NCBI GenBank assembly: GCA_963850625.1
Contig: CAWKLZ010000010.1
Coordinates: 16,598-80,597, forward strand
Length of the DNA: 64,000 nt
Direction: 5' to 3'
Source: an uncultured Solirubrobacterales bacterium
GTDB taxonomy: Bacteria; Actinomycetota; Thermoleophilia; Solirubrobacterales; 70-9
How positions within the stretch are numbered: position 1 is the first letter of the stretch; each line of letters begins with the position of its first letter. The position numbers were made by a program, and so were the translations under genes. Positions 56,058 to 64,000 of this stretch are shown here, in pieces. The notes under the pieces are model-generated. The model made no database searches, was not told the DNA's origin, and saw only the letters and a list, made by a program, of their open reading frames with translations.

Positions 56058-57185
56058 TCAGCCGGTGTTCTTCATCGCCAGGTGCTTGTACGCCTTGCCG
56101 GCGGGCTTGAACTTGCCGTGCTTGTCGAGCAGTCCCGCCTTCGGGCACCAGTTACAGACCGGGTCGCCGCCGTTGTCCTGGTAGGTGAACCAGTAGGCGG
56201 AGGTGATGTTCCACTTGCTGCGCTTGTTGAGCAGCATCCGGAAGGACTGCTGCAGCAGGCGCTTCTGGCCGCTCTTGTTCTTGATCAGGAAGTAGCTCTT
56301 CGGCTTGCCGCCGGAGGCCCAGCCGATCTCGCCGATGACGATCTTCGCCTTGCGATCGTGAGCCTTCAGCATCACCTTGTGGGCATCGCTGATCTGGTTG
56401 CGGACGGCGCTCACGTTGGCGCCGTACGGGTGCAGCGAGACTCCGTCGATCGCGTGCTTCGCGCCCTTCTTTGCGTAGACCTTCTTCAGGAACGGCTTCG
56501 CGTCCATCGAGTGGCGGTTCTGGGGAAAGCCGAACATGCCGCCGGTCGTGATCTTCAGTGACTTGTCGACGGTGTCGAAGGCGGCCCGGGTTGCGCGCAA
56601 CAGCTTCGCGTACTGCTTCGGGTTCGCCTTCGGGTACCAGTAGGCGCGGGCGTTCTGCTCGTTCCAGATGATCCAGTTGCCCGGCGCAAAGCTCCCGTTG
56701 AGGCTCGGGTTCTGGCGCCAGAACTGCCCCCCGGGGCCATAGCGATGGACCGCCGCGTGGGCGAACTGCTGCCAGCGCTGCAGCGTCTTGTGGCCCTTCG
56801 TCGGCGGGACGACGTGCTTGCCGTCGTGGCTCAGGTAAACGGGTGTGCCGAAGATCACGGGCTGCGGCCGCAGGCCTGCCTTGACGGCGGCCTCGAAGCG
56901 CTCGTCGATGCCCGTCCAGACGTAGGGGCCGTCCTTCTTGCGCTGGATCACGGGCCAGGCGATCTCGATCCGGACGGAGCCGGCGTGGACCCGGTTGGCC
57001 ATGCCGGCGTAGTCACTGGCGCTGGGCCGGACGGCGTTGATGCCGAAGAACGAGGAGGGCACGGAGGCGGAGGACGTGGCGGCGCCGATCAGCAGGACGG
57101 AGACGGCGATCAGCAGGGCCGGCCACAGCCGCCGGCTCCGCGCGCGGGCCGCGTCGGAATATGTGGGATTGCTTTTCACGATCAC
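56058..57185 (-). CDS. secreted/anchored glycoside hydrolase-like (clan GH-A TIM barrel) protein inserted in the his operon
   Basis: N-terminal TM/signal: LWPALLIAVSVLLIGAATSSA. IIWNEQN (acid/base NE) and VIGEIGW (nucleophile E) are spaced as in GH5/GH39-type enzymes. The gene is visibly more A/T- and Lys-rich than its neighbours. Confidence 0.65.
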   Translation of the reverse strand: MIVKSNPTYSDAARARSRRLWPALLIAVSVLLIGAATSSASVPSSFFGINAVRPSASDYAGMANRVHAGSVRIEIAWPVIQRKKDGPYVWTGIDERFEAAVKAGLRPQPVIFGTPVYLSHDGKHVVPPTKGHKTLQRWQQFAHAAVHRYGPGGQFWRQNPSLNGSFAPGNWIIWNEQNARAYWYPKANPKQYAKLLRATRAAFDTVDKSLKITTGGMFGFPQNRHSMDAKPFLKKVYAKKGAKHAIDGVSLHPYGANVSAVRNQISDAHKVMLKAHDRKAKIVIGEIGWASGGKPKSYFLIKNKSGQKRLLQQSFRMLLNKRSKWNITSAYWFTYQDNGGDPVCNWCPKAGLLDKHGKFKPAGKAYKHLAMKNTG

Positions 57186-57233
57186 ACAACGCTAACCCCC
57201 CGGCCCGGCCGATGGAGCGGTTCGCCTGCGTGA

Positions 57234-57826
57234 TCAGTCGCTCAGGGTGCCCTTCGTCGACGGCACGCCGCTCTCGCCCGGATCGATCGCAACGGCGTCG
57301 CGCAGCGCCCGCGCGAAGGCCTTGAAGCAGGCCTCGACGATGTGGTGCGTATTCGTGCCGTACGGCGACTCCAGATGCAGTCGTCAGCTTCGCGTTCGTC
57401 GCCACCGCGCGGAAGAACTCCTCGGTGCAGCTCGACCTCGTAGTTGGCGATCGAGACCGGCGGCAGGGGCACTTCCCAGCGCGTGAAGGGACGCCCTGAG
57501 AGGTCGATCACGCAGCGGGCCAGGGCCTCGTCCATCGGCACGAGCGCGTGCCCGTAGCGGCGGATCCCGGCGCGGTCGCCGAGCGCCCGATCGAGCGCCT
57601 GGCCGAGCGCAATGCCGACGTCCTCGACGGTGTGGTGCGACCCGGTCTGCAGGTCGCCGCGCGCCTCGACGTGCAGCCCCAGCCGGCCGTGGCGGCCGAG
57701 CAGATCGAGCATGTGGTCGAAGAAGCCGACGCCCGTCGCGGCCTCGACGGCGCCGCCGTCGAGATCGACGCTGAGCTCGATCGACGTTTCGTTGGTGCTG
57801 CGTTCGATTGTCGCGGTACGGGACAT
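57234..57826 (-). CDS. hisB: imidazoleglycerol-phosphate dehydratase (two apparent frameshifts near 57420 and 57385)
   Basis: [29 protein letters not shown] and [12 protein letters not shown] in the first frame. Then [15 protein letters not shown], then [39 protein letters not shown] ending at TGA 57234-57236. Confidence 0.9.
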
Positions 57827-57832
57827 CGCTGC

Positions 57833-59127
57833 TCAATTCTCGGGTGCTTCGTGGGCGGCGCGCGCCGCGGCCGAGGCGCCGTGCACGAGGAATCCCTCCG
57901 CCCGGGCGATCGCCTCGACCGTGCCCGCCAGTTCGACGGCGGAGCGCCGATCCATCTCGACGACGCTGATCCTGCGCCGGAACGTGCCGCGGCCCGAGCG
58001 GCCCGGTGAAGCGGCCGGCGCCGCCGGTCGGCAACACGTGGTTGGAGCCCGCGGCATAGTCGCCGAAGGCGGTCGCCCCGAACGGGCCGGCGAAGACGCA
58101 GCCGGCGCGGCGGATCGAGCGGGCGAGCTCGGCTGCCTCGGCGCAGCAGAGCTCGAGGTGCTCGGGCGCGAGCTGCTCGGCCAGGGTCGACTGCCGTGGC
58201 CGTGTCCGGAGCGTTGACCAGCGACCAGCGGCGCATCGCTGACGCTCGGGCTCCCGGCGGCGATCCGCTCGACCGCGGCGGCGACCGAGGCGGCGACCGC
58301 CGGCGTCCGTGCAGATCGCGACGAGCAGCCCGTCGGCTCCGTGCTCGGCCTGCGCGCAGAGGTCGAGCGCGAGCCACTCGGCGGGCGCCGAGGCGTCGGC
58401 GACGACGACGAGCTCCGATGGCCCTGCGTAGCCGTCGATTCCGGTCCAGCGGCTTACCGCCAGCTTCGCCTCCTGCACCCAGGGGCCGCCCGGCCCGGCG
58501 ATCACGTCGACGGGGTCAAGGGCCGCGGTGCCGAGGGCGAGCGCGGCGATCCCGTGGGCGCCGCCGAGGGCGAGAGATCTCGTCGACGCCGGCGATTGCG
58601 CAGGCGGCCAGCACCGCCTCGTGCGGCTCACCGCCGCTCGTTGCCGGGGTGGCGACGACGACGCGCTCGACGCCGGCGACCCGCGCCGGGATCGCGCCCA
58701 TGAGGACGGTCGATGGGTACGGCGCGCGACCGCCCGGCACGTAGATGCCGGCGGCGCCGACGGGGACCTCGGAAACCGTGACGCGCTGCCCCTGGCCGGG
58801 CTCGATCACGGCTGCCTCGCCGCGGACCTGAGCGCGGGCAACGGCCTCGACGTTCGCGGCCGCCGCGCGCAGCGCCTCGACGAGGGCCGGATCGGTCGCG
58901 GCCAGCGCGCTCTCCGCGCGCTCGCGGGGCACGAGCAGGCTCGCCGGGCGGCCGCCGTCGAAGCGCTCGGCCAGCTCGAGCAGCGCCTCGTCGCCTCCCA
59001 CCGTGACTGCTTCGATCAGCCGGGCGACGTCGGCGGCGATCGCGCCGGGCGCCGGTACCTCGGCCCGCAGCTCGGCCGCCAGGGCCGGCGCACCGGCGCC
59101 GTCCCACTGCCGGCGCGAGATCCTCAC
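57833..59127 (-). CDS. hisD: histidinol dehydrogenase (at least three apparent frameshifts)
   Basis: Segments GIYVPGG.APYPSTVLM, LGGAHGIAALALGT, GPSELVVVAD, CAQAEHG, GDYAAGSNHVLPTGG and the C-terminal EGF..HG are spread over three frames. GTGA overlap with the hisG stop. Confidence 0.9.
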
Positions 59128-59804
59128 GGTGCAGCCCCGCGCAGTCGCTCGACCATCGCGTCGACGGCATCGACGCGGACCTTGTGGGCGACCCGGTTGG
59201 CGATCAGGCGCGCCGTGCAGACCGAGATCTGCTCGCGTTCGACGAGCCCGTTCTCCCGCATCGTCCGGCCCGTGTCGACGAGGTCGACGATGCCGTCGGC
59301 GAGGCCGACGAGCGGGGCCAGCTCGACCGAGCCCTTGACCTCGATCAGCTCGACCTGGCGGCCGGTGCCCTCGAAGAACCGCTCGGCCGTGCGCGGGTAC
59401 TTGGTCGCGATTCGCATGAAGCCGAGGCGGCGGAGCGAGCGCTCGAGGCTGTCGTCGTGCTCACGCCCGGCGAGGACCATGCGGCAGCGGCCGAAGCCGA
59501 GGTCGGCGAGCTGCATGACCGCGCGGTCGTCCTGCTCGTCGAGCACGTCCTTGCCGGTGATGCCGAGCTCGGCGGCGCCCGACTCGACGTAAGTGGGGAC
59601 GTCCGACGGACGCATCGTGATCAGCGTCAGCCCGTCGAGCTCGAAGATCAGGGCGCGCGAGCCGCTGCGCGGCTCGCTCGTGTCGTAGCCGGCCCGGTCG
59701 AGCAGGTCGAGGCAGCCGTCGAAGAGTGCTCCGCGGGGCAGCGCGAGGCGCAGGCTCTCGCCCGCCCGGACCGGTCGTGCGAGATCGACGCCGCCGGGGT
59801 TCAT
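59124..59804 (-). CDS. hisG: ATP phosphoribosyltransferase, short (HisZ-dependent) form
   Basis: LRLALPRG.L, RPSDVPTYVESGAAELGITG, and DLVDTGRTMRENGL near the C-terminus. Its 226 aa lack the long-form regulatory domain. Confidence 0.9.
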   Translation of the reverse strand: MNPGGVDLARPVRAGESLRLALPRGALFDGCLDLLDRAGYDTSEPRSGSRALIFELDGLTLITMRPSDVPTYVESGAAELGITGKDVLDEQDDRAVMQLADLGFGRCRMVLAGREHDDSLERSLRRLGFMRIATKYPRTAERFFEGTGRQVELIEVKGSVELAPLVGLADGIVDLVDTGRTMRENGLVEREQISVCTARLIANRVAHKVRVDAVDAMVERLRGAAP

Positions 59805-60805
59805 CGGGCTGCCTCCCCGCCGGCGATCCGCTCCTCCTCCGCCTGCGCGATGTGCACGCGCTCGAGGTAGAGGGCGAAGCCGGCGGCCGAGAGCGGCCGG
59901 CCGAAGCGGCCCATGAGCCCGTCGTAGCGGCCGCCGCCGCCGATGATGTGCCCGACCGCCGGGTCGTAGACCTCGAGGATCGCGCCCGTGTAATAGCCGA
60001 GGTCGCGGAGCAGTCCGAAGTCGAGCTGCACGCGATCAGCGACACCGAGCGCGGCGACGGCCTCGTAGGTCTCGGTCAGCTGCGTCGCGGCGACGCGTCA
60101 CGGCTTGGCCGCCGATCTCGCGGGCCCGGTCCAGGACCTCCGCCCCGCCGCGCAGGCTCGAGAGCTCGACGATCAGCTGCCGCTGCTCGTCGGCGAGCCC
60201 GGCCATCTCCCCCGCCTCGGCCTCGATCGCGACGAGGTCGTGGGCGGCGAGCCGGTCGAGGATCCGGTCGCGGGCCTCGCCGTCGACGCCGAAGCCGGTC
60301 AGCATCCGGCGGAACAGGTCGGCGTCGCCGAGGCCGACGATCGCGCGGCCGAGGCCGACCGCGTCGAGGGCCGCGACGAGCAGCTCGATCACCTCCGCCG
60401 TCCCCTCCGGCGCCTCGGCTCCGAAGAGCTCGATGCCGGCCTGGCGGGACTCGCGCAGCTGCTCGCGCCCCGGGCGCACGGCCCGGTAGGCGGTGTCGAC
60501 GTAGTGCAGGCGGAACGGCGGCTCCTCGTCTGCGAGCCGGTCGGCGACGAGGCGGGCGATCGGCACCGTCATGTCGCTGCGCAGCGCGAGCAGGTCGCCG
60601 GCCGTGGTCGAAGAAGCGGTAGGACGGCGTTCGAGATCCGCTCGTCGCCGCGGGCGAGCACGGCGTCGTACTCGATCGCCGGCGTCGAGACCTCGCCGTA
60701 GCCACGCGCGGCGAAGAGTTCGCGCAGGGCCGATTCGATGCGCCGCAGCTCGCGCATCTCGTCGGGCAGGATGTCCCTGCTGCCGTAGGGGATCGGGTTG
60801 GTCAT
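59801..60805 (-). CDS. hisZ: ATP phosphoribosyltransferase regulatory subunit (at least three apparent frameshifts)
   Basis: HisRS-like segments: PYGSRDILPDE, YRFFDHGG..LALRSDMTVPIAR, RLHYVDTAYR, and the C-terminal DFGLLRDLGYYTGAILEVY. ATGA overlap with the hisG start. Confidence 0.8.
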
Positions 60806-60881
60806 CGGTGCCTGCAGCTCGTCGGCGCGGTCAGCTCCTCCGCCGCTCGGCGGAGTGGGCGAAGAAGGGTACGGACGTAGC

Positions 60882-62187
60882 TCAGCCTGCGGCAGCGACG
60901 GGCTCAGTCGCGACACGTTCGATGCGCGCGCCCAGCGCCCGCAGGCGCTCGTCGATGCGCTCGTAGCCGCGGTCGATCTGAGCGATGTTGCCGATCTCCG
61001 AGTCGCCCTCGGCGGCAAGGGCAGCGATGAGCATCGCCATTCCGGCGCGGATGTCGGGGCTCTCGAGGCGCTCCCCGTGAAGCCGGCCCGGACCATTGAC
61101 GATCGCCCTGTGGGGATCGCAGAGGGTGATCCGAGCGCCCATCGCAACGAGCTTGTCGGTGAAGAAGAGGCGGTTCTCGAACATCTTCTCGAAGATCAGG
61201 ATGGTGCCCTCGGCCTGTGTGGCAAGGGCCAGCGCGATCGAGGTCAGATCGGCCGGGAACGCGGGCCACGGGCCGTCGTCGATCTTTGCGATCGCGTCGC
61301 CCATGTCGTCCTGAACGGCGAGCCGCTGACGGGGCGGAACGACGATGTCGCGACCCTCGGCCAGCGACTGCAGCCCGAGGCGCTGGAACTGGCGCCGGAT
61401 CATCCGCATGTCGTGCGGCTCGGTCTCGCGGATCCGCAGCTCGCCGCCGGTCACCGCAGCGAGCGCCATGAAGCTGCCGACCTCGATGTGATCGGGGCAG
61501 ATCGTGTGCTCGGCGCCGCCCAGCTTGTCGCGGCCGTGCACCTCCATCACGTTCGAGCCGATCCCGTCGACCTGGGCCCCCATCTTCGTCAGCAGCCTCG
61601 CGAGGTCCTGGACGTGCGGCTCGGTGGCCGCGTTGGCGATCGTCGTCTTCCCCGGCGTCAGGGCGGCGGCCATGAGCGCGTTCTCGGTGCCCATCACCGA
61701 GGGCTCGTCCATGAAGATCTCGCACGGCTGCAGCCCGCCGGGGGCGCTGATCCCGATCATCCGGTGGCCGTCGACGACGGCGCCAAGATCGCGGAAGGCA
61801 TCGAGATGCGGATCGAGCCGGCGGCGACCGATCGTGTCGCCGCCCGGCGGTGGCATCGAGACCTTGCCGAAGCGGGCGAGCAGGGGTCCGGCGAGCAGGA
61901 ACGAGGCGCGGATCTGGGCGGCGAGGTCCTCATCGACGTCCTGCGCCGCCGAGCGCGTCCGCCTGCAGCTTGAGCTCGTGCTCGCCGAGCCACTCGGTCT
62001 TCACGCCGAGCGCCTCGAGCAGGCCGATCTGCGCCTCGGTGTCGCGGATCCGCGGCATGTTGCGCAGGATCACCTCCTCATCGGTGAGCAGGCAGGCGCA
62101 GAGCAGCGGCAGGGCAGCGTTCTTGTTGCCGGCGGCGACGATCTCGCCGGACAGCTCGGCGCCACCGCGAATGACGAACTTCTCCAA
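60882..62187 (-). CDS. murA: UDP-N-acetylglucosamine 1-carboxyvinyltransferase (one apparent frameshift near 61940)
   Basis: The TTG at 62187 opens LEKFVIRGGAELSGEIVAAGNKNAALPLL. Downstream PGGDTIGRRRLD (Asp in place of the active-site Cys, as in some actinobacterial MurA) and the C-terminal IDRGYERIDERLRALGA are in a second frame. Confidence 0.9.
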
Positions 62188-62209
62188 GGCTTGGCTAGGG
62201 TAGCCCGTC

Positions 62210-62800
62210 GTGGAGCCGACGCGCGACGAGGCCTGGCAGCTGTTCTGTGAGTGGACCGAGTCCGAGTCCCTGCGCAAGCACGCGCTCGCCGTCGAGGCGT
62301 GCATGCGCGCCTATGCCGCTCTCTGGGGCGAGGACCCGGAGCGCTACGCGGTGACGGCGATCGTCCACGACCTCGACTACGAGCGGCATCCGGACCTCGA
62401 GACCGGCCACCCGCGGATCGCCCTCGCGGAGCTCGAGCGGCTCGGCTACCCCCAGGACGTGGTCGACGCCGTCGCCGGCCACGCGCCTTACCTCGGCGTA
62501 CCACGCGAGACGACGATGGCGAAGACGTTGTTCGCCGTCGACGAGCTCTCCGGCTTCGTCTCCGCCTGCGCGCTCGTCCGGCCGACAGGGATCGAGGGAA
62601 TGAAGGTCAAGTCGGTGCGCAAGAAGCTGAAGCAGCCGTCGTTCGCCGCCAAGGTCGATCGTGACGAGATCGCGCAGGCGATCACCGAGCTTGGCGTCGA
62701 CGAGAGCGAGCACATCCAGCGCGTCATCGACGCGCTCTCGGCCCAGGCGGAGGAACTCGGGCTGACCGCCGAGTCGGCCGCCGGCACGTCCGAGCGCTAG
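62210..62800 (+). CDS. HD-domain metal-dependent phosphohydrolase
   Basis: LRKHALAVEA...AIVHDLDYE provides the H...HD motif. Uninterrupted 196-aa ORF with GTG start. Confidence 0.8.
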   Translation: MEPTRDEAWQLFCEWTESESLRKHALAVEACMRAYAALWGEDPERYAVTAIVHDLDYERHPDLETGHPRIALAELERLGYPQDVVDAVAGHAPYLGVPRETTMAKTLFAVDELSGFVSACALVRPTGIEGMKVKSVRKKLKQPSFAAKVDRDEIAQAITELGVDESEHIQRVIDALSAQAEELGLTAESAAGTSER

Positions 62801-62818
62801 TCAAGACTTCCGTGGCCC

Positions 62819-63893
62819 ATGCGTCGCGGCACGAAGATCCTGCTTTCGGCGCTCGTGGTGATCGCGGCGCTCCTCGGCGATCAACACGATCGTCATCAAC
62901 GCCGAGACGAAACCCGCCGGCGTCACCGTGCCCGGCGGCAAGATCATGAAGCTGAGCTCCGTCGACATGCAGGTCGTCGATCAGCCGGCGACTGGACCTG
63001 GGCCCGAGGGGGCCCCAATCGTGCTCCTGCACTGCTACGCCTGCTCGCTGCGCTGGTGGGACGACGTCGTACCGCTGCTCAACCGCAACCACCGGATCAT
63101 CCGCTTCGACCTCGCCGGCTTCGGCGGCTCGGAGAAGCCGGGCAGCGGCTACTCGATCAGCGACCAGGCGCGCGACGTGGCCGAGGCGCTCAATCGGCTC
63201 GGCGTCGAGGGCGCCGTCGTCGTCGGTCACTCGATGGGCGGGCTCGTCGCCACGGCGCTTGCTCAGAACTCGAGCGAGCTCGTCGATCGCGTCGCCGTGA
63301 TCAGCACGCCGAACTCCGTCGCCGACGACGCCTCGCTGCCGTTCGCGGCGAAGCTCGCCTACGCGCCCGTGCTCGGCCAGGCGATCTGGCGGCTCGCCCC
63401 GAACGCGCTCGTCAAGAAGGAGTACGGATCGGCGTTCGCGCCCGACTTCGACTACGAGAGCGCCTTCAAGGACCCGAACGAGCTCGTCTCCGACCACGAC
63501 GCGATGACGTATCGCTCCTATCGGGATTCGGCCACTGAGAGCAAGAGCTTCACCGACGAGCAGACCGTCGCCGGACGGATCACGGCCGCCGCGGTGCCGT
63601 TCCTGGCGATCCTCGGCAGCGAGGATCAGATCGTCGACGTCGACTCGGTCGAATCCGCCTACCGGCAGGTCCCGGGCGCCGAGGTCCACGTGATCGACGG
63701 CGTCGGCCACTCGGCGGAGCTCGAGGCGCCGAAGCAGACCGCGAAGCTGATCGAGGACTTCGCAAAGGGGGTGGCGCTGGTGAGGCCGGGCGGCAACCCC
63801 TCGCCCGGCGGTGCCGGCGAGAAGAAGCAGGGCGGGTCGAAGGGTGGCGGCGCGAAGAAGGGGAACGGCGGCAAGGGGCAGGGCGGCAAGTAG
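62819..63893 (+). CDS. N-terminally anchored alpha/beta hydrolase with Lys/Gly-rich C-terminal tail (one apparent frameshift near 62878)
   Basis: TM start (MRRGTKILLSALVVIAALL) is in one frame and continues AINTIVINAETKP... in the next. Nucleophile elbow: VVGHSMGG. Catalytic His near GVGHSAELE. The tail reads GEKKQGGSKGGGAKKGNGGKGQGGK. Confidence 0.8.
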
Positions 63894-63911
63894 CGGTTAG
63901 ATTCCGCGTCG

Positions 63912-64000
63912 ATGCCGGAATCGCCGACGATCGTCGTTCTCGAGGGTGATGAGACCGGGCAGGAGCTGCTCGAGGCGGCGCTGACGGTGCTCGAGCCGGA
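63912..64000 (+). CDS. 5' end of a CDS (weakly isocitrate/isopropylmalate dehydrogenase-family-like), 3' truncated by window
   Basis: The ATG at 63912 opens MPESPTIVVLEGDETGQELLEAALTVLEP. High GC3. Only 29 codons are visible. Confidence 0.4.
   Translation, partial: MPESPTIVVLEGDETGQELLEAALTVLEP

Noticed and set aside
553-62880. Frame breaks as genuine pseudogenes (genome decay) or programmed ribosomal frameshifts
   Set aside because: Too many essential single-copy genes are hit at once. I saw no slippery heptamers or stimulatory structures at the inspected sites. The sequence on both sides of each break remains under obvious coding constraint.
1-64000. tRNA, rRNA, tmRNA, transposase, integrase, toxin-antitoxin or defence-system genes
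   Set aside because: I inspected every intergenic gap longer than about 60 nt by eye. None shows a cloverleaf-like arrangement or rRNA-like conservation. None of the ORFs carries recombinase, nuclease-defence or TA signatures. A proper tRNAscan/Infernal run would be needed to exclude small RNAs formally.

Overview
This is a very GC-rich, almost gap-free chromosomal segment; third codon positions are nearly all G/C. Gene content and order look like a deep-branching Actinomycetota genome (Thermoleophilia/Rubrobacteria-like). That placement is inferred from synteny and protein motifs only.

Most of the window is housekeeping, largely on the minus strand:
- Translation, isoprenoid and envelope cluster: rpsB-tsf-pyrH-frr-uppS-cdsA-(gap)-dxr-rseP, and further downstream on the same strand ispG and proS.
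- Cell-division tail: pgeF-yggS-sepF-(repeat)-proC-yggT-lspA-rluD.
- his operon: murA-hisZ-hisG-hisD-hisB-(glycosidase)-hisH-hisA-(small ORF)-hisF.
- pgsA / small coiled-coil protein / FHA / MerR block.

The first ~21 kb is more accessory. It holds secreted proteases, a Tat amine oxidase, a cupin, a BCCP-carboxyltransferase fusion, two unknown secreted proteins, a molybdopterin oxidoreductase and a K+ channel.

I saw no rRNA, tRNA, CRISPR array, transposase or integrase.

Two global observations matter most:
1. About 35 places in at least 22 genes, many of them essential, continue their homologous reading in another frame. This is best explained by indel errors in the consensus rather than by real pseudogenes. 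Several long ORFs in the supplied track are therefore artificial fusions or truncations.
2. A modular 0.45-0.55 kb non-coding repeat occurs twice in the same orientation (35751-36296 and 48186-48632). It is built of ~92-95 nt units, each ending in a GGTCAC...GTGACC hairpin. The inner stem of one hairpin differs from the others by compensatory changes. This is the most interesting unexplained structure here.

Start codons are my best guesses. The ORF track shows GTG and TTG starts as M.
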